Below, one piece after another: positions 17,583 to 26,158 of a stretch of DNA of 64,000 nucleotides. The notes under the pieces are model-generated. The model did no database searches. It had not been told where the DNA came from and saw only the letters and a program-made list of their open reading frames with translations. The stretch spans positions 7,669-71,668 of IMG/VR virus record IMGVR_UViG_3300003323_000307; one strand, given 5' to 3'. Each line of letters begins with the position of its first letter. The stretch's first letter is position 1. This DNA comes from a virus. A program made the translations under genes and the position numbers.

Positions 17583-18047
17583 TTAATGCTCATGAGTATG
17601 CCCATCTTCCTGAGCCACCTTGAAGGTGACCGTCTGGTCCGCCGACTTCTGGAAGTCGAACGTGATGGTGGTAGTCTGCCCCACCTTAAGGTGGCCCTTG
17701 AGGTTGATCAGCATCACATGGGGTGTACCCGTGAAGACCACTTCAGAGCGCTTGGGGAGTGGTACGGAGTCCAGCTTGACCATCTTCCCGGACTCAATGG
17801 TGTGCAGCTCAGCAGAGACCGACGTGGGGCTTGAGACAGCTAGGAGAGTGTCATTGGCGGCGCCCTTGTTGATCACCTTCAGGGTGGCGTACGTGTCCTT
17901 CCCCTTGTGACCCGTAACTACGAATCCAGGCCGCACTGTGAGGTCAGGCTTAGGGTCACTTCCGGAGTTGAAGAACAGGTACCCCAGAACGGCCAGAGTA
18001 ATGGCTATCAGGATGATGATGTACTTCTTGTACTTGTCAGACTTCAT
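17583..18047 (-). CDS. PCu(A)C-family copper chaperone
   Basis: N-terminal TM anchor; AELH-x6-M...HVML copper ligands; LKVGQTTTITFDF; C-terminal HTHEH. Confidence 0.8.
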   Translation of the reverse strand: MKSDKYKKYIIILIAITLAVLGYLFFNSGSDPKPDLTVRPGFVVTGHKGKDTYATLKVINKGAANDTLLAVSSPTSVSAELHTIESGKMVKLDSVPLPKRSEVVFTGTPHVMLINLKGHLKVGQTTTITFDFQKSADQTVTFKVAQEDGHTHEH

Positions 18048-18487
18048 AGCCTGGACCTTCTGACCCTCTCATTTTGGTTATGGCATTCTCTGCAAGAACG
18101 CCAACCTGTCTTTGCTTTGTAGGTGTTGCTATCAGAATACTTATGACCCTTAGGGCACACTAGCTTAATCTTATTGTAATTCCTATTTCTAGTGTCCCTA
18201 TCGGCTGCGTTATCCTTAGAAGTACCTATTTCCAAGTGGGCAACAGCAATACAGTTCCGGACATCACATTTATGACGAACTACCATATTGTCTGGGATAG
18301 GGCCGTAATGTAATAGATACTGCAACCTGTGAGTAAGATACCTCTTTTTATTTACTTGTATTTGGCCATAGCCATTTTTAAGTTGAGTGCCCCTCCATAG
18401 CCGACAACTTCCTGACTTTATGCTCCTAGAGAATAGCTTCTCTTTAGCTATAGTCTGCTGCTGGGTCGTAAGGTTCAAGGTCTCCAT
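18044..18487 (-). CDS. HNH homing endonuclease
   Basis: GYGQI...THRL..VVRHKCDVRNCIAVAHL; CPKGH..NT..RSCREC tail. Confidence 0.85.
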   Translation of the reverse strand: METLNLTTQQQTIAKEKLFSRSIKSGSCRLWRGTQLKNGYGQIQVNKKRYLTHRLQYLLHYGPIPDNMVVRHKCDVRNCIAVAHLEIGTSKDNAADRDTRNRNYNKIKLVCPKGHKYSDSNTYKAKTGWRSCRECHNQNERVRRSRL

Positions 18488-20390
18488 AAGTCGGTCCCAA
18501 TTCTACGTCCACTGCAAAAGGTGTATCACTCTCAAAAGGGGGGGTTGTCATGGTCTCACACATGTATGCAATGGCCTCGTGGATGAACTCCTTGCGAACA
18601 TTGGCCACCAGTGAGTCATGAACTGACAAGATGATACGCCCCCAGCCCCTCTCTTGCAATCCCCAGTGAACTTTGATCAAGGACGAGAGGCACAGATCAG
18701 AAGCCATGGACTGTCCAGGGAAGTTGACAGCCTGGTTGTTTACCTTGTTGTAGTTGTCCTTGGTGATGAGATTCCAGCGTCGTTTACGGCCAAGCTCAGT
18801 GGTCAGGAAGAACTGACTATGAGCCTGTTCCCGCCATTCGTCACAGCACATTTTCCATGTGGAGTACATGTTCCAGAAGGTGTCAAGGAACTCTTGAGCC
18901 TTGTCAGGGTCCCCACCTGTGGCTGCTTCCATTGCAGGATCAAGGGACAGCTTGAAACCAGAGATACCATAGCCTGCGCCGAAGTTGACTGACTTCACTG
19001 ACTGACGTTCTGTCGGTGTAACCTCTGACGCAGGCTTGTTGTAAACCTCTGCTGCAAGAGCAGTATGGACATCCCATTCCCCTGTGAGGTTTTCCAGAAG
19101 TACTGGGTCCCCTGTAAGGTGATGGGCAATGAACATCTCCAGAGACTTATAGTCAATGTTTACGATGAGATGTTCATCATCGTCTGCCATAAACAGACGC
19201 TTTACCGCTTTAGAGTTTTGGCTATACTTAGGTACAGTTTGCATCGCAGGATCGTGAATCGCAATACGACCTGTTTTCGTACCGAAGAGTAGGAAATTCG
19301 GATGTACTTTCCCGTCTTCAGCCACGAACTTCTGCATTCCCTCCAAGAAGTTTCGACGTAGATACTGTAGTTCTTTGTACTCAGCAACAAGCTTGGCCAG
19401 AGGATGATTACCGTTATATTTCCAAAAATCTTTATTCGTTGTGTTTTTAGGTTCATGTGGCAAACCCTTCATGTTCAGAATATCGTAGCACAAATGCTGC
19501 ATCTGTTCTGAAGAGTTCACATTAAGAGTTACATCAACCTCAGTTCGGTATCGCTTGTCTGAGCAGCGCTCACAAGTATCGAGAGTCGCACCAGATTCTC
19601 TAAGTCGTTTAGCGTACGACAGGACTCGTAGTCCGTCCAGGAGTCCGTGGTGTTCTTCAGGTACGCACTCACAGATGACCTTGTAACGTCGGCCAATTCC
19701 GGAGTCAGGTCGGGGGAATCCCACGGATGCGGCATAATCCTGAACATTCTTGATTGCCTCCTCGATCTTGGGGAGCCATTCGGCTGAAGTGGTACGGGCA
19801 TACTCTACATCACAGCGCATACCCTGGTATTCAATGTCGGCAAAAGCAGCCTGGGCAGGAAGGAGGATCTCCTTGACGGCTTTCCAGGTCCCCTCCTTTG
19901 TGACACGCTTGGACAGCACGGGGAGGAGCCCGTAAGTGTAGAAGACGTCCTTGCAGCCGTATTCAGCCAGAACATCCGGGCGGATATGGCCGAAGTTCCA
20001 CTTCTTCTTGTCCGTGTCCAGCCACTCTTCAAGGCCCTCTTCATAGAACGGGGCGTCGAGGTCCTGGCGGGAGCGGTATTTCAGACCTACCTGGCGGGCC
20101 TTCTCTGTGGTTCCCAGGGCCAGGCACATGGTGTCCACACTGCGTTCATCTACAGAAACACCCAGCCAATGCTTCACCATCTTGGCATCATGTTTAACGT
20201 TATGCCATACAAACCTAGCATTGGGGTGGTTAAGGAGCCGCTGTACTAGAGGCTTCACACGGGGGTCATTGATGACACCCCAGTTGAATGCATACGCAAT
20301 TGCACCGTCGTAGAGCTGCAACATAGTCAGACTGTGGAAGGGGTTTAGGTCAAAAGACTCTGTGTCAGCCGCGAAGATTTTTTCTGGCAT
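18444..20390 (-). CDS. family A DNA polymerase with 3'-5' exonuclease domain
   Basis: ExoI AADTES, HNVKHD, TKTGR, motif A DYKSLE, motif B KSVNFGAGYG, motif C VHDS. Likely start MPEKIF. Confidence 0.93.
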   Translation of the reverse strand: MPEKIFAADTESFDLNPFHSLTMLQLYDGAIAYAFNWGVINDPRVKPLVQRLLNHPNARFVWHNVKHDAKMVKHWLGVSVDERSVDTMCLALGTTEKARQVGLKYRSRQDLDAPFYEEGLEEWLDTDKKKWNFGHIRPDVLAEYGCKDVFYTYGLLPVLSKRVTKEGTWKAVKEILLPAQAAFADIEYQGMRCDVEYARTTSAEWLPKIEEAIKNVQDYAASVGFPRPDSGIGRRYKVICECVPEEHHGLLDGLRVLSYAKRLRESGATLDTCERCSDKRYRTEVDVTLNVNSSEQMQHLCYDILNMKGLPHEPKNTTNKDFWKYNGNHPLAKLVAEYKELQYLRRNFLEGMQKFVAEDGKVHPNFLLFGTKTGRIAIHDPAMQTVPKYSQNSKAVKRLFMADDDEHLIVNIDYKSLEMFIAHHLTGDPVLLENLTGEWDVHTALAAEVYNKPASEVTPTERQSVKSVNFGAGYGISGFKLSLDPAMEAATGGDPDKAQEFLDTFWNMYSTWKMCCDEWREQAHSQFFLTTELGRKRRWNLITKDNYNKVNNQAVNFPGQSMASDLCLSSLIKVHWGLQERGWGRIILSVHDSLVANVRKEFIHEAIAYMCETMTTPPFESDTPFAVDVELGPTYGDLEPYDPAADYS

Positions 20391-20823
20391 ACCAATCCCT
20401 TTGAGCTTTCTTCCTACACTCACTACATCTGCGGTTACGACGAGTCTCAGCTAACTTGTGGATACCCTTTTTGCAGTATTCATATTCTCTACCTGCATTA
20501 GAGGGAGCCCGGCCCCGGGCGTACATATCCTGTAGATTCTCAGCTTGTGTGCCCAGCTCCAAATGACTAGGGTTCACACACGGGGGGTTGTCACAACGGT
20601 GACGGACAACTAGCCCTTCGGGTATATTTCCAAAATGTAGTACCCAAGAAAATCTATGAGCTTGCCATATAAAGCCTCCAGCTCCTCCCTCCGAAATTCG
20701 ACCATACCCTCTACTATTACGACAAGCTAACCATACCCAGCAATCATCCTCACCTTGTATATCTACTTTCTCCCAAAACCTAGCCTCTGTAGGTTTATTC
20801 TGGCTTCCTTTAGGTCTCCCCAT
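20365..20823 (-). CDS. HNH homing endonuclease inserted between the UDG-like and polymerase genes
   Basis: RFWEKV..CWVW..GYG..AHRFSW..VVRHRCDNPPCVNPSHL. Confidence 0.9.
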   Translation of the reverse strand: MGRPKGSQNKPTEARFWEKVDIQGEDDCWVWLACRNSRGYGRISEGGAGGFIWQAHRFSWVLHFGNIPEGLVVRHRCDNPPCVNPSHLELGTQAENLQDMYARGRAPSNAGREYEYCKKGIHKLAETRRNRRCSECRKKAQRDWYARKNLRG

Positions 20824-21469
20824 CTAGCTCCCCCAACCATTGAGAGAAAATCTCTACAGCCCGGTTGACTTCGTCCTCAGTGGCTTCAAAATAGCCCGAC
20901 CAAACTTGAGGATCATCAAGATAACCAGGCTCGCCATTATGGCCCACCCATTCCCATGGAACGTAGTGACCCTCTTTCGGAGGAAATTCACGCTTGCCAT
21001 TGATCAGCTCCCCGACTCGCTGAACGTGGTCGTACAGCACGTCAAATTGGTCATACCGTTTGTTAAGGGTTTCCTTGGGGCCGATGTACACCACAGAGGG
21101 GTGATAGGTCGGCAGAACCCAGGTTTCCAGATCCTCTGACCACGTCAGAGAACCATTGTAATCATCCAGAGTTTTCTTGGTGTTGACGAACTTCTTGAGG
21201 GCGTTGGAACCCAGGAGAACCACTACCTTGTGGTTCCCCTGACGAACCAGCTCATGCAGTTCTTCTATCTGAGCTGCCCTCATGTTCCCTGTGAAGGTGA
21301 GAGAATACTGAGCTACGTTCAGGAACTTGAGGTTGGCGTCTGTAAAGCAGCCGTTGAGAAGCTGTAGAGCCCTGCGGTCGAAACCTTCACCAGCATGATT
21401 GACGTTGGTCCGAATCTCGACCACAGCAACTTCAGAGTTCCGTGGGACCTTCTTGCTCAGCTTGTGCAT
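20810..21469 (-). CDS. uracil-DNA-glycosylase-like domain, probably the N-terminal part of a UDG-PolA fusion
   Basis: VVVLLGSNA and LPTYHPS motifs of the family-4 UDG fold. Confidence 0.65.
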   Translation of the reverse strand: MHKLSKKVPRNSEVAVVEIRTNVNHAGEGFDRRALQLLNGCFTDANLKFLNVAQYSLTFTGNMRAAQIEELHELVRQGNHKVVVLLGSNALKKFVNTKKTLDDYNGSLTWSEDLETWVLPTYHPSVVYIGPKETLNKRYDQFDVLYDHVQRVGELINGKREFPPKEGHYVPWEWVGHNGEPGYLDDPQVWSGYFEATEDEVNRAVEIFSQWLGELDGET

Positions 21470-21815
21470 TGTCCATCTTCCACTTCACAAGCTCCGCGAG
21501 GAGCACATTGAAACAAATAGCCATTGCATGATCTTCTGAGGTATCTCCGCCAAAGTACTGCATCATATGGCGGAACATACTCTCCTTAGCACGGTCCAGC
21601 TCAGCCGGGGAATTCCCCAACTCGAAGTTTCTCTTTGAGTATTTGATACTCCCTCGTGTGAGAAGCTGGGCCAAGCGGGTCAGGAACTGATCTTCATAAG
21701 GGACGCCTTCATGCCACAAGAGCATGAAGTTATCCTTGGTAGCCCCGTCAGCATCTCGGACCATGCCACTCGCGTACTCTTCGCGGGTGCCGGAGTCCTT
21801 GGTCTCGAAAGTCAT
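21432..21815 (-). CDS. dATP/dGTP diphosphohydrolase-like (DUF5664-type) protein
   Basis: TKDSG.REEY.SGMVRD, G..KY..RNF, EDH....FN. Confidence 0.7.
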   Translation of the reverse strand: MTFETKDSGTREEYASGMVRDADGATKDNFMLLWHEGVPYEDQFLTRLAQLLTRGSIKYSKRNFELGNSPAELDRAKESMFRHMMQYFGGDTSEDHAMAICFNVLLAELVKWKMDNAQAEQEGPTEL

Positions 21816-22252
21816 CTTAAATAGTCCAATGCCCTCTTCAAATACTCCGGAGAATCTTGAAATAGCCCTAAAGCTCTATTACAACTTCCACATAGGAGCC
21901 CTCTAACACAGCTACCACATGAAGATATTCCAGAGCAACAACTGTGATCATGATCTATAGTTAGCTCCGTTGAAGCTTGGCATATAGCACAAAGTCCTTG
22001 CTGAGCGGCCACCATCTCTTGATATTTAGCTAAACTTAGTCCGTAGCGTCCAGTTATCAGGTTTCTCTTAAATGCCTCTTTACCCTTAGGACTCTCCCTA
22101 TATCGTTTCGAGCGCTCTCTATCTGCCTCAGCTTTACAGGGACCACAGTACCGTTTTCTGTAAGGTCTTTCCTTACCGCATCTAGGGCAATTAGGGTCTC
22201 TAGGGGGCAACTCTACCGAACTCCGTAAAATAGGCCATGGCTTGTGGTGCAA
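21812..22252 (-). CDS. endonuclease VII-family nuclease (start uncertain)
   Basis: YGLS...QQGLCAIC..IDHDH..VRGLLC..CN..LG. Confidence 0.85.
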   Translation of the reverse strand: MHHKPWPILRSSVELPPRDPNCPRCGKERPYRKRYCGPCKAEADRERSKRYRESPKGKEAFKRNLITGRYGLSLAKYQEMVAAQQGLCAICQASTELTIDHDHSCCSGISSCGSCVRGLLCGSCNRALGLFQDSPEYLKRALDYLR

Positions 22253-22901
22253 CTTCCGATGCCAGGGTATCTATTTGTTTGGCAACTTGCTCTATCTCCC
22301 ATAGAGGAAATGTTGGGGTTTTAGAATTTTCATGAGCCCATCTGAGCGACAAAAAATTCATAAGAGACCTGAGATTAAAGTTTACATAGAATGAGGTGTA
22401 GATGCTAAATGGCAGATGATCCCGGGCGACCTCACGGGCAATGCCATCTTGCAGAGCTTCCTGGTACATAGACCAGCCAAAGAGTGCTGTTCGTTTATGG
22501 CGTTCTTGCTCCCTCTGTATTTGTGAAGGAGTTCCTAGTTCAAACGTGTACGCGCCGGGTTTGCCAATTTGCCGTAGTGGACGCTGGGACCCTGGTACAT
22601 AGAACACCGGCTCAAGTTCGCGGTACCTTCCTGAGGTTTCGTTATATGAGGCGATCCTGTGCCTGAAGAACTCTCGGGCAACGAATATAGGGCAAGAAAC
22701 TTTAAACTGCAACACTGGTGATTCAAATGGAGAGCCATGACGATCTCGCATAAGCATACGTAAGAGGCCATTATTACTAGCTTCTGTACCCGTAGACCCA
22801 GAACTCACACGGGCAAAACGAACTATAGACTCATCTCCACCCATACTGTCAACAAGCTCAACATCCATGTCGGACTTGAACGTCACTTCAGACATGGTCA
22901 C
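22200..22901 (-). CDS. thyX: flavin-dependent thymidylate synthase
   Basis: HGSPFE, signature RHRIASYNETSGRY, NLRSLMNFLSLR, EI. Confidence 0.93.
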   Translation of the reverse strand: MTMSEVTFKSDMDVELVDSMGGDESIVRFARVSSGSTGTEASNNGLLRMLMRDRHGSPFESPVLQFKVSCPIFVAREFFRHRIASYNETSGRYRELEPVFYVPGSQRPLRQIGKPGAYTFELGTPSQIQREQERHKRTALFGWSMYQEALQDGIAREVARDHLPFSIYTSFYVNFNLRSLMNFLSLRWAHENSKTPTFPLWEIEQVAKQIDTLASEVAPQAMAYFTEFGRVAP

Positions 22902-23125
22902 CGCTCCCGAAGCTGGCGACCAGTCATTTGCCCTTCGATGAAGAACCTCGACAGAGCTAGCTGATCTTTCACGTACCGATCCATGTTCTTCATGAAGAAC
23001 TTGAAGTGTCCTGACTTCATCTCCATAAGGATCTGGTACTCAGGGTCAAGCACCTGGTTCTTCTGAGCCAGCTTGACAGAGTACTCAGCAAGGCTGGGAT
23101 TATACGTAATTACTACACGTGGCAT
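22898..23125 (-). CDS. hypothetical protein
   Basis: Packed ORF with a GTGA overlap. Confidence 0.5.
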   Translation of the reverse strand: MPRVVITYNPSLAEYSVKLAQKNQVLDPEYQILMEMKSGHFKFFMKNMDRYVKDQLALSRFFIEGQMTGRQLRER

Positions 23126-23657
23126 CCAGTAGACTCCTCATGTAACGGTCCATCACACGGTCATGCTCTTCTTTGGCTTTATTCGCAGCCTCAATAGGGA
23201 GGGACATGAGATCCCCCACAGAGTTGTAACAGCGCTCCACTGCGTAGCAGGTCTCCGGAAGCTTGATATCCAGGATGTTACCCCACACAGCGTGAGCCAA
23301 AACCCGGTAGTACCAGCGCCTCCAATGGGCGTTGTGCCCCTGTGTGAGACCCGCATAGCCGTGGCACAGCTCGTGCAGCAAAGTCTTGTAGAACTGGGTA
23401 GAGGGGGATCGGTACGAAGGTGTCATCCAGATGTGAAACTTCCGGTTGACCTCTCCGAAGTCCGACATGGTCATACCCAGGGAATCAGATTCAGCAAGGG
23501 AGATCTGGTGGCTCTTGGGGAAGTCGCTCCAGTCACTGCTTACTGTGGCAAGCTCCGGGGTGTACCGCCTGTGAACGCTTTCGGCAAAGCAAGCCTTCAC
23601 AAACAGGTGGTACTGCTGGAAGTCTTCTTCACTCAGAAGACTGAGGTTGTACTTCAC
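23100..23657 (-). CDS. SprT-like zinc metalloprotease
   Basis: TLLHELCH...GHNAHW. Confidence 0.65.
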   Translation of the reverse strand: MKYNLSLLSEEDFQQYHLFVKACFAESVHRRYTPELATVSSDWSDFPKSHQISLAESDSLGMTMSDFGEVNRKFHIWMTPSYRSPSTQFYKTLLHELCHGYAGLTQGHNAHWRRWYYRVLAHAVWGNILDIKLPETCYAVERCYNSVGDLMSLPIEAANKAKEEHDRVMDRYMRSLLDATCSNYV

Positions 23658-23815
23658 GTTCCCAGCCTGTCTCTTGTTTTACCCATTTGGCGATACCATA
23701 GAAGCCATGAAACATGACAACAGCCCCGAGCCCAGCACTCTTGTGCTTCTTCTTCAGGGTGTCCAACTGTTCCTGGAATACCCACTCCAAGTATTCCTCG
23801 CGGGTCATCATCTTT

Positions 23816-24211
23816 CTATTCCCCAGCCCCATGGACATAAGCGAGGCAGTGTGCAAGGGCAGAGATGGCATCGCGCCCCTTACGGTGCATGTCTTTACGT
23901 TCTTCCTTCAGAAGTTCTTCAGCCTGGCTCACAAAGGCTAGCCTGGCCTGTGGAGCTACTACACTACACCCTGCACCATACTTGAACAAGCCCAGAACTT
24001 CAATAGTCTTCTTACCCTCTCGGGACAGGTTCCCCGCACTGTGATAGTTCTCTACTATGAGTTCATCCGGGCGGTATAGCTTAAGCCATACTGTAAAAAT
24101 CCCAAAGGCCGCCTCAGGAAAATCCACCTGATGAACTCTGAAGAACTCTGTATCACTATCGTAATAAGCTACCCCAATAGTTTCCCCGGGGTCTACCGCT
24201 ATGACCCTCAT
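23816..24211 (-). CDS. RuvC-like Holliday junction resolvase
   Basis: MRVIAVDPGETIGVA, IVEN, DA.SA. Confidence 0.7.
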   Translation of the reverse strand: MRVIAVDPGETIGVAYYDSDTEFFRVHQVDFPEAAFGIFTVWLKLYRPDELIVENYHSAGNLSREGKKTIEVLGLFKYGAGCSVVAPQARLAFVSQAEELLKEERKDMHRKGRDAISALAHCLAYVHGAGE

Positions 24212-24424
24212 AGATCCTTGAACCTCTCCCGGACCATGTCTGTAAATACTGTGTCTGCCATGTGCTGATCTATACGTTCGAAGAAGTCTACAATAACTTC
24301 TTTATCAAAACCCGCACCTTTGACTATCTCGTAGGATAGAGTTTCCAGATTTGTCCAAGATGCGACGATATTTGCCTTAAGATTTTCATTCATAAAAGCC
24401 CTAAAATCTATGCTATACTTATAT

Positions 24425-24888
24425 ATTGCCGGAGGAGAACGTGATCTGAAAGCGGCGCCAATTCTGTACTAGTCAGAGGCGGCAATGCGAGTAGGTGATC
24501 TGAAGCCGAAGGAAGCCGTCTGGCGGGAAATTCTTCGTTCGGGGAGGATATTCTTAAGGGCGCTGGTGAACGAAGTAGGTTGCTCCCGAGGCAATCGAAA
24601 AGGAATCCAGGGAATGGGCTAACACTCTAAGTGGAGCCTGAGTAGGACCAAACGGAATGTGAAGCGGGACCCGAAAGGGAAGCTGAACAGAAAACTGAAA
24701 GCTAACCTGAAGGGGAAGCTGAAAGCCGAAAGGTGAGTAAGTGGAACTGGATGGGGAGCAAGTAAGTGGACTAAGTAGGTGGAACAAGTAGGAGAACGTG
24801 GATCTGAACAGATGGACTGAAAGGGTGAAACGGCAGGTGTTAGCCCTGAACCATTTCTGGACCAAAGGCCCCCGCATTGCGGGGGCCT
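24425..24888 (+). ncRNA. candidate large structured ncRNA (alternatively a structured replication origin)
   Basis: Extended -10 TGcTATACT at 24411-24419; long-range helices; many GNRA and short hairpins; terminal hairpin at 24866-24888; no credible ORF. Confidence 0.55.
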
Positions 24889-24896
24889 CAGTCATG

Positions 24897-25349
24897 TCAG
24901 AACTTGTACTCGGTGACTACAGCCTTGACGCCAGTCCAGTTGTCTTCGTCATCCGGGTCATCTTCCTTGCGGGCATAACGCTCCACCTCGGTGACAGCTA
25001 GGCCCTCCAGACCTTCGAAGAGTTCCGTAAGGTCAGCAGCGTATTCGGCTAGGGAGTCATACTCCGTGTCCTTTTCCGGAAGTTCGACCCCAGCGGAGTC
25101 AGCGAACTTCTTCAGACGCCATGCTGCCTTCTCGGAGAGCCAGAAGGAATCACCGTAGAGGTTACGCTTATACGGCTCCCCATCGATGTCCACGGCATCC
25201 TCGTCCGTGACCTTCCAGACAGGTTGGACATAGGGGGTCTTCTTGACGGTAGACTCACCTGAGGCAAACTTGACGAATCGGACTTCCCACTGACCCGCTG
25301 CTAGCGGCTGCTGAGTGGAACCTGACAGGTCTGGGACAACAAACCCCAT
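24897..25349 (-). CDS. ssDNA-binding protein (DUF669-like)
   Basis: Acidic, OB-fold-like sequence; FWLSEKAAWRLKKF; follows the AAA ATPase. Confidence 0.65.
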   Translation of the reverse strand: MGFVVPDLSGSTQQPLAAGQWEVRFVKFASGESTVKKTPYVQPVWKVTDEDAVDIDGEPYKRNLYGDSFWLSEKAAWRLKKFADSAGVELPEKDTEYDSLAEYAADLTELFEGLEGLAVTEVERYARKEDDPDDEDNWTGVKAVVTEYKF

Positions 25350-25351
25350 TG

Positions 25352-26158
25352 TTAACTACCCTTCTTCATCATTCGAATGATGCCCTCTAGATCCGGATTG
25401 TCCAGGTGCAGAGGCACCTGCTTACCAGTCTTGGGCTGCCGAAGCTTCGGACCCTCCACCCTTCGCGGCGGGGTGAAGTAAATCTCCCGATCTTCGGAGT
25501 TCTTTTTGCGGTTCATATAACCGACGTGATTCACAGTCAGAAGGATCTGATTCCGAATACCCTGCGGCAATGCCAGCCGGACATTCGTGATTTCCTCGTC
25601 CTTCTCCTCAAGAGTGTGACCTGTGAAGATGGTATGGATACCATACTCACAGAGGCTCTTGGCATCCCGGACGAACTTCGTCATCTCCTTCTGTGCTTCG
25701 AAGTAGAGCTGACGTGCGTCCTTTGCTGAGGCCATCTTCCGCTCGATCATGGGGAACAAGAGTTCATAGTAGATCGAGGAGAGGGAGTCGAAACCGTACA
25801 CCTTGTACGGGCTGTTGTCCTTGAGAGCCAGAGCTGTATCCAGATAACCCCGGAGTTCCTGCCAGGTGAGCTGACGGGAGATACCCTCTGTAGGCTGGCC
25901 GTTGGCAACAGCTTCGAGGTACTTGGGGGGCTCAGCGAAGTGAACATCCATATCAAGGATGGACTCACGGCCGATGTCCGTATCGAACAGCAGAACCTGG
26001 TTAGGGTACAGCTTGGCTGCTGAGGCAAGGAAGGTCGTCTTGCCGATGCCCGGGGGAGCGAAGACGACCATGTTGATACCGGTAGCGGCAGCGTCGTCCT
26101 TGACGCTGCGGAACTGGGGGAAGCTAGCTCCCAGAGGAGCCTTCCGCTCGATTGGCAC
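25352..26158 (-). CDS. AAA_24 / Sak4-like ATPase (recombinase)
   Basis: Walker A PPGIGKTT, FDSLS, IFTGH. Confidence 0.8.
   Translation of the reverse strand: MPIERKAPLGASFPQFRSVKDDAAATGINMVVFAPPGIGKTTFLASAAKLYPNQVLLFDTDIGRESILDMDVHFAEPPKYLEAVANGQPTEGISRQLTWQELRGYLDTALALKDNSPYKVYGFDSLSSIYYELLFPMIERKMASAKDARQLYFEAQKEMTKFVRDAKSLCEYGIHTIFTGHTLEEKDEEITNVRLALPQGIRNQILLTVNHVGYMNRKKNSEDREIYFTPPRRVEGPKLRQPKTGKQVPLHLDNPDLEGIIRMMKKGS

Noticed and set aside
20365-20823. Group I intron in the DNA polymerase
   Set aside because: The HNH ORF overlaps both flanking ORFs, leaving no non-coding sequence for a P3-P9 core.
24430-24860. CRISPR array or strict tandem repeat
   Set aside because: Repeats are short, degenerate and irregularly spaced; there is no repeat-spacer periodicity and no cas operon. 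The Cas4-like gene sits in a normal phage recombination module.
24554-24895. 113-aa minus-strand ORF
   Set aside because: Starts inside a terminator hairpin and its F/S/P/L bias simply mirrors the purine-rich + strand.
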